Shown piece by piece: positions 1-14,137 of a stretch of 64,000 nucleotides of DNA; the stretch's first letter is position 1, and each line of letters opens with the position of its first letter. The notes under the pieces are model-generated. The model ran no database searches. It was not told the DNA's origin and saw nothing but the letters and a program-made list of their open reading frames with translations. Made by a program: the position numbers and the translations under genes. This stretch comes from an uncultured Chloroflexia bacterium (GTDB lineage: Bacteria; Chloroflexota; Limnocylindria; Limnocylindrales; CSP1-4), in assembly GCA_963707215.1 (NCBI GenBank), contig CAVPPB010000004.1:32001-96000 (forward strand), read 5' to 3'.

Positions 1-216
1 GTCGCCCAGTTCGATCTCGACCGCGGGGCGCGCCAGGCCAACGTCAGCAGGGCCTTCGCCGTCCGCCCGGGGGCGTCAGCGGTCGTCCGAGACCGGTGGA
101 TCGTCCTCGTTGACGATGTCGCCACGACCGGCTCGACACTCGTCGCCTGCGCCGAGGCATTGCTGGCCGAGGGGGCGCTCGGGGTGTCCGCCCTGACGGT
201 CGCCCGCGAGCGCTGA
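1..216 (+). CDS. comF: ComF-family phosphoribosyltransferase, 3' part (truncated by window start)
   Basis: Manual frame-1 translation ...RQANVSRAF...WIVLVDDVATTGSTL...LTVARER*. It has the PRTase VDDVxTTGxT motif and sits in the usual comF-hpf order. Confidence 0.85.
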   Translation, partial: VAQFDLDRGARQANVSRAFAVRPGASAVVRDRWIVLVDDVATTGSTLVACAEALLAEGALGVSALTVARER

Positions 217-395
217 GCCGCCCGCTCGCCGGGGCCCCGGACGGGACGATCCGCACCTTCCTTCGGGCCGGACGAACGGATCGGCCGACTCGCCATCGAA
301 CCTATACTCCGGTCACGGATCAGCCCCGCCGGAGGCGCCCCGTCCGGACGCGGCCTCGCGTCACGGGTCGCCAACCAGGGACCAGGAGGTCGACC

Positions 396-980
396 GTGAG
401 GACGATCGTCAAGGGCAAGAACATCGAGGTCCCGGATCGCGTCCGCTCGTACGCCGAACGGAAGCTCCGTCGCCTCGACCGGATCCTGGACGACCGGAGC
501 GACGCGATCGTCGAGCTCTCCAACGAGCAGCACCGCAGCGCCGCCGACGCCCACATCGCCGAGGTCACCCTCGTCGTCAACGGGCGGACCCTCCGCAGCC
601 ACGCCGCCGGCGCGTCCTACCAGGCGGCTCTCGACAGCGTCGTCGACAAGGTCGAGCGGCAGGCCGTCGACCACAAGGAGAAGCCGCGCCTCCGGGCCCG
701 CCCGGACGAGGAGAAGGAGATCCTCCGCCAGATCGCCGATGGGACCGCCGAGCCGACGGCCGAGCGCCGCGTCGTCAAGACGAAGCGCTTCGCCATCGAG
801 CCGATGTTCGAGGAGGACGCGATCGCGGCGATGGAGGAGCTCGGCCACGAGTTCTTCGTCTTCGTCGATGCGGAGACGGAGCGGACGGCGGTCCTCTATC
901 GACGCAGGGACGGCGATTACGGGCTGATCCAGCCGATCATCGCCGGGGAGTACACGCCGGGCCGGAACGGCAAGCGCTGA
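396..980 (+). CDS. hpf: Ribosome hibernation promoting factor, long form (RaiA/S30AE)
   Basis: N-terminal KGKNIEV...YAERKL HPF domain and C-terminal KRFAIEPMFEEDAI..MEELGHEFFVF domain. RBS AGGAGG upstream and TATACT at 303-308. Confidence 0.93.
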   Translation: MRTIVKGKNIEVPDRVRSYAERKLRRLDRILDDRSDAIVELSNEQHRSAADAHIAEVTLVVNGRTLRSHAAGASYQAALDSVVDKVERQAVDHKEKPRLRARPDEEKEILRQIADGTAEPTAERRVVKTKRFAIEPMFEEDAIAAMEELGHEFFVFVDAETERTAVLYRRRDGDYGLIQPIIAGEYTPGRNGKR

Positions 981-989
981 CCGGCGTCG

Positions 990-1559
990 TCAGGCGGCGC
1001 GGCGATACACGCCGCCCGCGCGGGTCATGAGGCCGGTCTCGACCAGATAGCGGCGGAGCGCCGCCGTGTCTTCGTGGACCTGGCCGATCCGCTCGTTGAC
1101 CTCGCGCTCCGGGTAGTCGCGGTCCTCGCTGAAGCAGCGCCCCAGCAGCCAGCGGAGCACGACGTCGCGCTTCTTCGCCTGGGCCGGGATAGCGGTCAGC
1201 CGGTCTCCGTCGAGGAAGGCCCGGAGCACCTTTGCGTCAAAGGCGGGGAGCAACCGTCCGTCGGGGCCCGGCCGGGTCGCCGGCTCCTCGGTCTCGCGCT
1301 CCAGCCGACCGATCCGCCGGCCGAGCTCGTGGAGGCGGCCCACGGCCAGGGAATACTCGACGTACGGCCGGGCTTCGCGGGCGTCGACCAGACGGGCCTC
1401 GCGAAGGCGCTTGAGGTGGTGGGCGACCGTCCCCGGCGAGAGGTCGGCCGCAGCGGCGAGCTCCTCCACGCTGTACGGCCGGTCCGCCAGGAGGCCGACG
1501 ATGCGCAGGCGCGACGCGTCGGAGAGGGCCTTCAGGGTGAGGAGCAGGTCGTCGTCCAT
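990..1559 (-). CDS. ArsR/SmtB-family HTH regulator fused to a DUF2087 domain
   Basis: Real start is ATG at 1559 inside ORF 990..2816. LKALSDASRLRIVGLL...TVAHHLKRL is an ArsR HTH. The C-terminal LTAIPAQAKKR...YPEREVNE...HEDTAALRRYLVE resembles DUF2087. Confidence 0.85.
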   Translation of the reverse strand: MDDDLLLTLKALSDASRLRIVGLLADRPYSVEELAAAADLSPGTVAHHLKRLREARLVDAREARPYVEYSLAVGRLHELGRRIGRLERETEEPATRPGPDGRLLPAFDAKVLRAFLDGDRLTAIPAQAKKRDVVLRWLLGRCFSEDRDYPEREVNERIGQVHEDTAALRRYLVETGLMTRAGGVYRRAA

Positions 1560-1577
1560 GACGAAAGCGTACCCGGC

Positions 1578-1597
1578 GATTTGACAACCGTCGAATC
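1578..1597. promoter_or_regulatory. Candidate operator, 8-4-8 inverted repeat GATTTGAC-AACC-GTCGAATC, between two divergent -10 boxes
   Basis: One-mismatch palindrome lying between TACGCT (minus, 1566-1571) and TACGAT (plus, 1612-1617). Confidence 0.55.
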
Positions 1598-1623
1598 GGG
1601 AGCGGCTCGGGTACGATGCGCGC

Positions 1624-2586
1624 ATGCTGCCCGACGGCCGGAGGATCGGCGCCCACCTGCCCCTGGCAAACGGCATGGTCAAGGCGGCCGACCGGGCGAT
1701 CCAGACCGGGGCGACCGCGCTCCAGGTGTTCAGTGACAACCCGACCGCCTGGCGACGACGCAGCGAGCCACCGTCCGAGCTGGCGGCCTTCCGTGCCCGC
1801 CTGGAAGCGGGCGGCCTCATGCCGATCGCGATCCACGGACCGTACCTGCTCAACCTCGCCAGCCCCGACGAGACGGTCCGGGAGCGCTCGATCGACCTCC
1901 TCGCCAACGAGCTCCTGGTGGCCCCGACCTTCGGCGCCGGGTTCCTCAACGTCCACCTGGGCTCGCACCGGGGCAGCGGACCCGAGGCCGGGATCGAGCG
2001 GATCGGCGAGTCGGTCGCGGCCGCCCTGGCTCGGGTCCCCGAGCCGTCCGGCGGGGCGGTGCTGGTCCTCGAGAACTCGGCGGGTGGGGGCGACAGCCTC
2101 GGCTCGACGATCGACGAGCTGTCCAGGATCGCGGCCGCGGTGGAGAGCCATGGCGCCGACCGGGCGCGCTTCGCCTTCTGCCTCGACACGGCCCACGCCT
2201 GGGGAGCCGGACTGCCGATCGGCGACCCCGAGGGGGTCGACGAGGTGCTCGCCCTGCTCGACCATCGGATCGGCCTCGACCGCGTGGTTATGGTCCACCT
2301 CAACGACTCCCGCGCCGGGGCCGGGAGCCGGGCCGACCGGCACGAGCACCTGGGGGCCGGCCTGATCGGCGTGGCTGGCCTGCGTCGGGTCCTGACCCAC
2401 CCGGACCTGCAGCACGCGATGTACATCCTGGAGACGCCGGGCATGGATGAGGGGTACGACGCCGTCAACCTGGCGCGGGCCGTCGCCATCGCCGAGGGCC
2501 GGCCGCTCGAGCCGCTGCCGGCCGCGGCGTTCCGGCTCCGCGGCGGGCGTGCCGGTGCGGCCTCGCCCGACGAGGCAGCGACGTGA
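1624..2586 (+). CDS. nfo: Endonuclease IV (AP endonuclease)
   Basis: Motifs IGAH, HGPYLLNL, HLGSH, LENSAG, CLDTAH, HLNDS, DRHEHLG and ILETP. Confidence 0.93.
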   Translation: MLPDGRRIGAHLPLANGMVKAADRAIQTGATALQVFSDNPTAWRRRSEPPSELAAFRARLEAGGLMPIAIHGPYLLNLASPDETVRERSIDLLANELLVAPTFGAGFLNVHLGSHRGSGPEAGIERIGESVAAALARVPEPSGGAVLVLENSAGGGDSLGSTIDELSRIAAAVESHGADRARFAFCLDTAHAWGAGLPIGDPEGVDEVLALLDHRIGLDRVVMVHLNDSRAGAGSRADRHEHLGAGLIGVAGLRRVLTHPDLQHAMYILETPGMDEGYDAVNLARAVAIAEGRPLEPLPAAAFRLRGGRAGAASPDEAAT

Positions 2587-4145
2587 CGCAGGGCAGACCG
2601 GCATCGACCGGGCGTGGCGCCTCCGACCGGGCGCTCGACGTGCTCGTCGTCGCGGCGCTGGCCGTCGCGGCGACCCTCCTTCGTTCCTTCGCCCTGCCGA
2701 CGCGCGGCACGTGGGACGCCGATCAGGGTGAGCAGATGCTGGTGCTCCTCGGGCTGGTCCGCCAGGGACAGGTCCCCCTGCTCGGGCCGCCGTCCTCGAT
2801 CGGCGACTTCCACCACGGGGCTCTCTACTACTACCTGCTGGCTCCTGGGGCGGCCTTGACGGATGGGGATCCGGTCGCGGCTTCAGCGACCCTCGCCGCC
2901 TTCGGCGTCGTCGCCGTCGTCGCCACGTGGTGGCTCGCCCGGTCGGTGGCGGGCCCGATGGCCGGGCTCGTTGCCGGCGGGGTGCTGGCGCTGTCGGCGA
3001 CGGAGATCGCCCTGTCGACGACGATCTGGAATCCCTCGCTCGTCCCCGCCGGGGCGGCCATCGCCATCGCCACGGGGTGGCGGGCGTATTCCGGGAGCAG
3101 CCCGGCATGGTGGGTCGCCAGCGCCATCGGGCTGGCGATCGCCGTCCAGGCGCATCTCGTCGCCGGCCTGCTGCTGGGCCCGCTGGTCGGCCTGTACCTC
3201 GTCAGCGTGGTCCGGGCCGACTCTGGCGGCCGTCGGACCCTGGGGCTTGCCGGCCTGGCCGCCATCGGCGTCCTCGGGCTCGCGCACGCCCCGCATCTGA
3301 TCCACGAGCTGGGGACGGGGTTCGCCCAGCTTCGCTCGATCGGGGATCTGGCTGCCGACAGCCAGTCCGGCACATCCCTGCTGACCCGCCTGTTCGTGGT
3401 GCCCATCAGGATCGTCTCGTGGCCGCTCGTCGGTCTGTTCACGGATGCCCTCGTGCTGGCCGTCGCCGCGACCGTCGTCGTCGTCGGCCTGGTCGCCTGG
3501 CGGATCCGGGCCGCCGGGCCGCCGGAGCGGGCCGCGATGATCTGGCTCGGCGCGACGCTGGCCTGGTCATGGGCCGCGCTGGTGGTCCTCGCCCCATCGC
3601 TGGGCACGGTCGTGCGGGAGCTCCCCGTGGATCACTACCACGCCTACCTCGATCCCGTCGTGGCGACGATCGTCGGCGTGGGCGTCTCGGCGCTCCTGCG
3701 CGGCGGTCCGGCCGGGAGACTCGGCGCCATCGCCGTCGTCGTCCCGTTGCTGGTCTGGAACGTTGCGACACAGCCGCCGCTCGTCCATCCGGACGGCGGC
3801 TGGCCGGCGGGGGAAGCCGCCGGGGAGCGGATCGCGACGGCGGCGGGTGGCGCCCCGATCGGCTTCGTCACCCTGCCGGACTTCAAGGGCCCGCAGGCCT
3901 ATCGCTTCCCCGTGGAGCGGGCCCGGGCGGAGGTCCTCGATGATCCGGCCAGCCTGCCAGACGGCGGGCTCCTCGTCGTCCTCTGCGAGGACCTCTTCCG
4001 TGAGGCCATCGGAGCGTCCTGCGGTGGCCCGGCCGAGGCCGAGGTGCTCGACGGGCTCGGGAGGCCGACGGTCCTGGTGGACCGCTTCGAACCGTCACCG
4101 GGCCGGCTGCTGTCGCTCTACCGCCTGGAGGGACCGACCTACTGA
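2583..4145 (+). CDS. GT-C fold membrane glycosyltransferase (family 39/ArnT-like)
   Basis: Multi-TM protein with WDADQGE...PLLGPPSSIGDFHHGALYYYLLAP and WNP motifs. Confidence 0.7.
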   Translation: MTQGRPASTGRGASDRALDVLVVAALAVAATLLRSFALPTRGTWDADQGEQMLVLLGLVRQGQVPLLGPPSSIGDFHHGALYYYLLAPGAALTDGDPVAASATLAAFGVVAVVATWWLARSVAGPMAGLVAGGVLALSATEIALSTTIWNPSLVPAGAAIAIATGWRAYSGSSPAWWVASAIGLAIAVQAHLVAGLLLGPLVGLYLVSVVRADSGGRRTLGLAGLAAIGVLGLAHAPHLIHELGTGFAQLRSIGDLAADSQSGTSLLTRLFVVPIRIVSWPLVGLFTDALVLAVAATVVVVGLVAWRIRAAGPPERAAMIWLGATLAWSWAALVVLAPSLGTVVRELPVDHYHAYLDPVVATIVGVGVSALLRGGPAGRLGAIAVVVPLLVWNVATQPPLVHPDGGWPAGEAAGERIATAAGGAPIGFVTLPDFKGPQAYRFPVERARAEVLDDPASLPDGGLLVVLCEDLFREAIGASCGGPAEAEVLDGLGRPTVLVDRFEPSPGRLLSLYRLEGPTY

Positions 4146-4149
4146 ACAT

Positions 4150-4182
4150 GCGAACGCCGGCTCCCCAGAAGCCGGCGTTCGC
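4150..4182. terminator. 13-bp hairpin between convergent genes, probable terminator
   Basis: GCGAACGCCGGCT-ccccaga-AGCCGGCGTTCGC, with no clear U-tract. Confidence 0.6.
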
Positions 4183-4236
4183 TGTCCCCGAGACCCGGAC
4201 GTGGAGGGCCGCCGGGTCGTGCCCTGGGATTCGGAG

Positions 4237-4716
4237 TTACGGGTCGCCCGGGGTACGAGCGGGCCGCGGGGCGACGCGGACGTACGATGGGGCATCGGAC
4301 CGGTCGGCACGGCCGTAGCCGCGATCGGCGAGGCCGTTCGTGCCGGGGTTGGCGGCGCGTCCGCTGAAGCGTCGCTGGCGGATCGCGAGGTAGTACTCCA
4401 TGACCTGGCGGACCTGGGCCTCGCCGAGGACCTCGTCGGCCCGCAGGGCGTACTCGACCCGCGCGGCAGGGTTCGTCGTGCCCGAGGCCACGTAGCCCAG
4501 GTAGGCCGGCATCTCCGTATCATCGCGGAGCTCGCGCAGCCCGCGGGCCAGCTTGGTGGCCGTGCCGAGCGATGGCATGCGGTCACCGCGGATGAGTCGC
4601 GAGATCGTCGAGTGGTCGACGCCGGACTGCTGGGCCAGCTGGCGCTGCGACATCCGCTTCGCCTTGAGCTGCGCCCGGAGCCACTCGTTGAAGGCTCGGC
4701 CGTTCTGGGTGGTCAT
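4237..4716 (-). CDS. XRE-family helix-turn-helix transcriptional regulator
   Basis: FNEWLRAQLKAKRMSQRQLAQQSGVDHSTISRLIRGDRMPSL is an HTH_3 pattern. Start taken at ATG 4716. Confidence 0.85.
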   Translation of the reverse strand: MTTQNGRAFNEWLRAQLKAKRMSQRQLAQQSGVDHSTISRLIRGDRMPSLGTATKLARGLRELRDDTEMPAYLGYVASGTTNPAARVEYALRADEVLGEAQVRQVMEYYLAIRQRRFSGRAANPGTNGLADRGYGRADRSDAPSYVRVAPRPARTPGDP

Positions 4717-4944
4717 GCGACCGCCTGCATCTCCATGCGCCACGAAGGTGGTTCGCGATGGCACCACTATCGCGACAGGCCGCGACGACCCATATCACCC
4801 GTTCGTACCAACCACCAGTACGAAGGGTCCGTGATCCGGGGCCGAGCGGCCCGTCGGGAGCCGCGCAGGACGGCGGGCCGCTCGGCGGGCAGCGGGCCGC
4901 GGCATCATCTGCACCCACCGCCGAGGAGCGAGCGAAGGCGCGGG

Positions 4945-6088
4945 TCAGCCGGGCTGCTCTGCCGGCTGCGGGAGCGGTTTGCGGAGGCCCTCGCCACGGC
5001 GCAGCGGGGAGACCGCGTAGGCGATGGAGCCGAAGACGACGATCGAGAGGACGCTGATCGCCCGGTCGACGAGGGCGATCGTCGTTGCCTCCTGGAGTGG
5101 GATCCCGTAGGCGGCGACGAGGACGCCGACGACGCCCAGCTCGACGATACCGAGCCCGGCGGGGCTCAGGGGCACTGCCGTCAGGAGGGATCCGATCAGG
5201 GCGACGAACGTGGCCCCCGAGAGGCCCAGGCTGACATCGGGGTAGCCGAGCGCCTCGACGACGAACCACAATCGCAGCGCCTCGGTCATCCAGATCGCCA
5301 CCGTCGTGATGCCGAGGAGCGGGATGTAGCGCCGCTCGACGGCATTGAAGACCCCCTCCTCGAACCGGTCGTAGAAGTCGAGGAACCGCTCCGGGATCGG
5401 CAGCCGGGAGAGGATCCGGCGCCCGAAGTTGCGCAGCGTGAAGAGGCCGATGGCGAGGACGACGACGACGACGACCGCCAGGACGACGACGACCTGGATC
5501 GCCGGCGGGAGCCCCAGCCGGAACGACCAGAACCCGGCCGCCAGCCCCAGGATCGCGATAGCGAAGAGGTCGAGGATCCGCTCGATGAAGACGGTCCCGA
5601 AGGTCCGGCTCAGCGACACGGGGCTGTTGAGCTTGAGCAGGTAGGCCCGGTAGACGTCGCCGAGCTTGGCGGGTACGAGGCAGTTGACGAGCCAGGACAG
5701 GAAGATGATCTCGGTCGAGTCGCGGACCGAGAGCCGGAAGCCGGTCCCGCGGAGGAGCAGGACCCAGCGGAACCCGCGGAGCGGGAAGCCCAGGTAGTAG
5801 ACGAGGAAGGCAGCCAGGAGGAGCAGCGGGTCCGCCGACAGGATCGAACTCGACGAGCTCGCCGAAGTCGATCTGGGCAACCAAGCGGACGAACAGGACG
5901 ATGAGGACCAGGGGCAGGACGATCGAGACGATCGTGCGAGGCTCCCGGAGCCGCTTCGTCAGCGCGACGGGGGTGCCGGAGGGCTCGGTCCCGTGCGGTG
6001 GATCGGCGCTGGTCGGCGCGGCGGACCCCTGGGCGCCCCCGGTACCGTCCGTCGTCCGAGGTTCGCCCTCGCGCCCGGGGCCGCTCAC
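4945..6088 (-). CDS. Lysylphosphatidylglycerol synthase TM-domain (UPF0104, flippase-like) protein with a 1-nt frameshift near 5848
   Basis: N-terminus comes from ORF 4583..6088 and the body from ORF 4945..5880 (LRGFRW, PAKLGDVYR, ERILD, PAGLGIVE). Removing one A at 5847-5848 joins ELVE-SILSADP. Confidence 0.8.
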
Positions 6089-6819
6089 CCGTCGGCTTCC
6101 TGCCCGCTGCCGGCGGGCCTGACCCGGCCGTTGCCCCGCATCCTCTGGACCAGCTTGGCGGCCGGCGTCACCAGGCGGACCAGGTACGACGCCCGGGAGG
6201 TGACGACCCGGGCACCCTCCAGGGCGGCCTTCAGACCGGCCGGGGTGGACGGGTCACCCTCGAGGATCGTGTAGCTGACCGCGACCTCCATGATCGTGTG
6301 GGCGTCGGAGACCGCCACCCCGGGGAGACCGTGGGCACCGGCGAACTCGGCGGCCCGCTCGTTGCCCTTGCCGACGATCCGACTGTTGTGGATCTCGACC
6401 CAGTCGACCAGCGCCGCGAGGCCGTCGAGCTCCTGGGTGCGGGCCAGGCTGTTGCGGAAGCGATCGAACGGATGCGGGATACCGACCATGCCGCCCTGCT
6501 CCCGGACGGCTGCGATCGCCTCGGTCGGCGAGAGGCCAGGCGGGATAGCCCGCTCCAGGAACACGCCGATGAGATCGCCAGCGGACGTCTTGATCTCCTC
6601 GCCGACGATGATCGTCAGGCCGGCGGGCGCATGGTCGCGAGCCTCGAACGCGCCGTCGAGGCGGTCGTGGTCGGTGATGGCCAGGTGGGTGATGCCTCGC
6701 TCGGCCGCGGCCCTGGCCACGTCACGGGGCCGACTGAGCGAGTCGAAGCTGGCGTTCGTGTGGCAGTGCAGGTCGACGAAGGCGCGCGTGGAGGTCGGCT
6801 CGGACGACGAGCCGGCCAT
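6085..6819 (-). CDS. PHP-domain phosphoesterase
   Basis: Motifs DLHCHT, AITDHD, GEEI, PHPF and SDAH. Confidence 0.88.
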   Translation of the reverse strand: MAGSSSEPTSTRAFVDLHCHTNASFDSLSRPRDVARAAAERGITHLAITDHDRLDGAFEARDHAPAGLTIIVGEEIKTSAGDLIGVFLERAIPPGLSPTEAIAAVREQGGMVGIPHPFDRFRNSLARTQELDGLAALVDWVEIHNSRIVGKGNERAAEFAGAHGLPGVAVSDAHTIMEVAVSYTILEGDPSTPAGLKAALEGARVVTSRASYLVRLVTPAAKLVQRMRGNGRVRPAGSGQEADG

Positions 6820-6822
6820 GCC

Positions 6823-7821
6823 TCAGACCGCCTGGACGAGCGACTTCCGGAAGAAGTCGAAGTGCTCGAGGGCGAGCCCGGTCCCGATCGCCACGCAGTG
6901 GAGCGGGTTCTCGGCCACGTGGCAGGGCACGCCGGTCACCTGGGTCAGGAGCCGGTCGATGTTGCGCAGCTGGGCGCCGCCGCCGGACATGACCATGCCC
7001 TTGTCGATGATGTCCGAGGAGAGCTCGGGGGGTGTCTGCTCGAGGACCAAGCGGACGGCCGCGACCAGCTGCTGGAGCGGCGTCTCGATCGCCTCCATGA
7101 CCTCCGAGCTGGTGACCGGGATCGTCCGCGGCAGCCCGGCGATGAGGTCGCGCCCGCGGACCTCCATCTGGAGCTCCCGCTCCAGCGGCAGGGCGGTCCC
7201 GATCTGGATCTTGACGTCCTCGGCGGTCCGGTCGCCGACCTGGAGGTTGTACTTCTTCTTGATGTAGCTGGCGATCGATTCGTCGAAGCGGTTGCCGCCG
7301 ACCCGCAGGCTGTGCGAGACGACGATCCCGCCGAGCGAGATCACGGCGATCTCGCTCGTCCCCCCGCCGATATCGATGATGAGGTTGCCCGACGGCCCGC
7401 TGATCGGGACGTTGGCGCCGATGGCCGCGGCCAGGGGCTCCTCGATGAGGAAGGCTTCCTTGGCTCCGGCCTTGAGGGCGGCGTCGCGCACGGCCCGCTT
7501 CTCGACGCTGGTGACGCCGGCAGGCACGCTGATCATCACCTCGGGTCGCGAGAAGCCGATCCGGCCCTTCGTCGCCTTGGAGATGAAGAAGCGGAGCATT
7601 GCCTCCGTGATGACGTAGTCGGCGATGACGCCGTCCTTCATCGGGCGGATGGCCTGGATGTTGCCGGGAGTCCGCCCGATCATCTCGCGGGCCTCCTCGC
7701 CCACGGCCACGATGCGGTTGTCGTCGCTGATGGCGACCACGGACGGCTCGGAGATGACGATCCCCTTGCCCTTGACGTAGACGAGCACGTTGGCCGTGCC
7801 GAGGTCGATGCCGATCTTCAT
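6823..7821 (-). CDS. mreB: Rod shape-determining protein MreB/Mbl
   Basis: Motifs [30 protein letters not shown] and DIGGGTSE. Confidence 0.95.
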   Translation of the reverse strand: MKIGIDLGTANVLVYVKGKGIVISEPSVVAISDDNRIVAVGEEAREMIGRTPGNIQAIRPMKDGVIADYVITEAMLRFFISKATKGRIGFSRPEVMISVPAGVTSVEKRAVRDAALKAGAKEAFLIEEPLAAAIGANVPISGPSGNLIIDIGGGTSEIAVISLGGIVVSHSLRVGGNRFDESIASYIKKKYNLQVGDRTAEDVKIQIGTALPLERELQMEVRGRDLIAGLPRTIPVTSSEVMEAIETPLQQLVAAVRLVLEQTPPELSSDIIDKGMVMSGGGAQLRNIDRLLTQVTGVPCHVAENPLHCVAIGTGLALEHFDFFRKSLVQAV

Positions 7822-9158
7822 GGGGTGGGTACGGTCGTTCCTTCCGGGAGGCGCTCGATCCTGGCACCAAGATCCAGGAACTTGCGCTCGATGTTCTCAT
7901 AGCCCCGCCGAACGTGGTGGGCGCCGTGGATGGTGGACACGCCATCGGCCGCCAAGGCGGCCAGGATGAGCGACGCCCCGGCCCGAAGGTCGCTGATGTC
8001 GACGGCGGCGGGCCGGAGGGCGGCCGGTCCGCGGATGACGGCGTGCTGGGCATCCTGGATCTCCACGTCGACGCCCATCCGGCGGAGCTCCTGGAGCCAC
8101 TCGAGGCGGTCCTCGAAGACGGCCTCGTGGACCCGGGACTCGCCATGAGCCGTCGCCAGGAGGACGCAGGTCGGCGGCTGGAGGTCGGTCGCCAGGCCTG
8201 GGTACGGCGCCGTCTGGATGTCCACCGCGCGGTAGTCGGAGCGGCCGCTGCCGTCGACGTCGATCCAGTCGGGCCCGCAGGCGATCGACACGCCCACCTG
8301 ACCGGCGACGCTGAGGAGCGCCCCCAGGTCGTCGCAGGGCGCACCCTCCAGGCGGACCCGTCCGCCGGTCACCGCCGCGGCGATGACGAAGGTTCCGGCC
8401 TCGATGCGGTCGGCCGTGACGGCGTGCTCGGCTCCACGGAGCCGCTTGCGGCCCTCCACCTCGATCGTGTCCGGTGCGGTCCGCGCGACCTCGGCACCCA
8501 TCGTCCGGAGGAAGGCGATGAGGTCGTCGACCTCGGGCTCCTGGGCCGCCGGGCGGATGACCGTGTGGCCGTCGGCCAGGGTGGCCGCCAGCATGGCGTT
8601 CTCGGTGCCCATGACCGAGACGAACGGGAAGGTGACCTCGGCGCCGCGCAATCGTCCAGGCGCGAGGGCGAAGTAGTAGCCGTTGCGATAGGCGATGTCT
8701 GCCCCGAGGGCGCGCATCGCGTCGACGTGGAGGTTCACCGGCCGCCGACCGATCCGGTCGCCGCCGGGGTTGCTGATGATGACCCGCCCGAAGCGGGCCA
8801 GGAGCGGTCCCAGGAGCATGAAGCTGGCCCGCATCTTGGCGGCCGCCTCGAGGGGCACGAAGAGCCAGTCGACGTCGCCGGCGGCGACCTCGTAGACGTT
8901 CGGCCCGGGGTGGTCGACGACGACGCCGAGGTCCCGCAGGGTCTCGGCCATGACCCGCACGTCCTCGATCTCGGGGACGTTGGTCAGGCGACAGCGCTCA
9001 CCGGTCAGGCAGGCCGCCGCGAACAACTTGAGCGCCGCGTTCTTGGCGCCGCTGACCCGGACCGTGCCGCGGAGCGGTCGACCGCCTTCGATTCGGTAGA
9101 GCTCGTGGGGGACCGGCTCCGGCTGGAACTCCCAGTGGAACGGGCGGGCGTCGGCCAC
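7818..9158 (-). CDS. murA: UDP-N-acetylglucosamine 1-carboxyvinyltransferase
   Basis: Motifs [48 protein letters not shown] and RGYE. Confidence 0.95.
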   Translation of the reverse strand: MADARPFHWEFQPEPVPHELYRIEGGRPLRGTVRVSGAKNAALKLFAAACLTGERCRLTNVPEIEDVRVMAETLRDLGVVVDHPGPNVYEVAAGDVDWLFVPLEAAAKMRASFMLLGPLLARFGRVIISNPGGDRIGRRPVNLHVDAMRALGADIAYRNGYYFALAPGRLRGAEVTFPFVSVMGTENAMLAATLADGHTVIRPAAQEPEVDDLIAFLRTMGAEVARTAPDTIEVEGRKRLRGAEHAVTADRIEAGTFVIAAAVTGGRVRLEGAPCDDLGALLSVAGQVGVSIACGPDWIDVDGSGRSDYRAVDIQTAPYPGLATDLQPPTCVLLATAHGESRVHEAVFEDRLEWLQELRRMGVDVEIQDAQHAVIRGPAALRPAAVDISDLRAGASLILAALAADGVSTIHGAHHVRRGYENIERKFLDLGARIERLPEGTTVPTP

Positions 9159-9160
9159 GC

Positions 9161-9589
9161 TCAGCCGATCCGGCGCGACCCCTCGCGCCGACGACGCTCC
9201 GCCACCCGGATGCGGAGGAGCGCCTGCTGCAGGGCGGCCCGGGCAGCGGCCAGGTCGGCACCTTCGTGGTAGCCGGTCTCGAGAGCCCGCTCGGCCTCAC
9301 GGCGAGCCTCCTGGGCCTTCTCGAGGTCGATCTCGGCCGCCATGTCGGCGGTCTCGGCCATGACGACGACCTTGTCCGGACGGACCTGGACGAAGCCGCC
9401 GACGATGGCGAATGACTCCTCGAGGCCGCCCTTGCGGATCCGCAGCTCCCCCACCCCCAGGGTCGAGACGAGGGGGGCGTGGTGGGGCAGGATGCCGAGC
9501 TCGCCATCGGCGCCCGGCACGACGACCGAGTCGACCTCGTCGCTGTAGGCCAGGCGCTCGGGGGTGACGATCTCGAGCTTGAGGGGCAT
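9161..9589 (-). CDS. atpC: ATP synthase F1 epsilon subunit
   Basis: MPLKLEIVTPER...GELGILPHHAPL, start at ATG 9589. Confidence 0.95.
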   Translation of the reverse strand: MPLKLEIVTPERLAYSDEVDSVVVPGADGELGILPHHAPLVSTLGVGELRIRKGGLEESFAIVGGFVQVRPDKVVVMAETADMAAEIDLEKAQEARREAERALETGYHEGADLAAARAALQQALLRIRVAERRRREGSRRIG

Positions 9590-9590
9590 C

Positions 9591-11880
<2,290 letters not shown>

Positions 11881-11912
11881 GTCGTGTCCGCTCGCTCACC
11901 GGTCCGGGCTCC

Positions 11913-13448
<1,536 letters not shown>

Positions 13449-13489
13449 GCGATTCTCCGTTCGGGTCGTGGGCTCGGCGCCTGGCGCGC

Positions 13490-14137
13490 CTAGCCGTGGG
13501 CCGGCCGACTGCCGGCGAGGAGCTGGGATCGGAGCCGCTCGAGGCGGCCCCGCACGGATGCGTCGAGTAGACGATCGCCGAGGCGGACGGTGATGCCGCC
13601 AAGCAGGTCGGGGTCGACCTCGGCCCGGATGTCGACGGTCGTCCCGGCGAGCTGCTGGATGCGGGTGCGGACGGCCTCCAGCTCGTCGGCGGCGAGCGGC
13701 GTCGGTGTGGTGACGACGGCCTCGGTTAGGCCCCGGCGGCGATCGAGCAATCGCTTGTACTCGCGGGCGATCGCCGGCAGGCGGGAAAGCCGGCGACGCT
13801 CGAGGAGCAGCTCGACGAGGTTCAGGACCTGCCCGCGGACCGGTCCGAGGGCCGCGCCACGGACCACCGCGATGGTGGCCCCGAGCGACCGACGACCCTC
13901 CAGGAGGTCGTCGACCACGCTGCTGATCGACTCGACGCCGAGGGCCGCCCGGACGGCCCGGCGTCGCTGCTCGATGGGGACGGCCGGGTTCTCCACGATC
14001 CGCAGCACCTCTGGCGGCCCGAGCGCGGCGGCGGCCGCTTCGAGAGCGACCGACCAGGCGTCCTCGGTGTCGTCGCGGACGGCGAGCTCAGAGATCGCCT
14101 CGGCGTAGCGGCGCGCGGAAGAGCGGCGGCCGGCCAT
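13490..14137 (-). CDS. atpH: ATP synthase delta subunit
   Basis: ARRYAEA N-terminus, VDPDLLGG...DASVRGRL C-terminus and operon position. Confidence 0.93.
   Translation of the reverse strand: MAGRRSSARRYAEAISELAVRDDTEDAWSVALEAAAAALGPPEVLRIVENPAVPIEQRRRAVRAALGVESISSVVDDLLEGRRSLGATIAVVRGAALGPVRGQVLNLVELLLERRRLSRLPAIAREYKRLLDRRRGLTEAVVTTPTPLAADELEAVRTRIQQLAGTTVDIRAEVDPDLLGGITVRLGDRLLDASVRGRLERLRSQLLAGSRPAHG

Noticed and set aside
1581-1586. TTGACA as the -35 box of nfo
   Set aside because: It lies 25 nt from the -10 box, so it is better explained as part of the palindrome.
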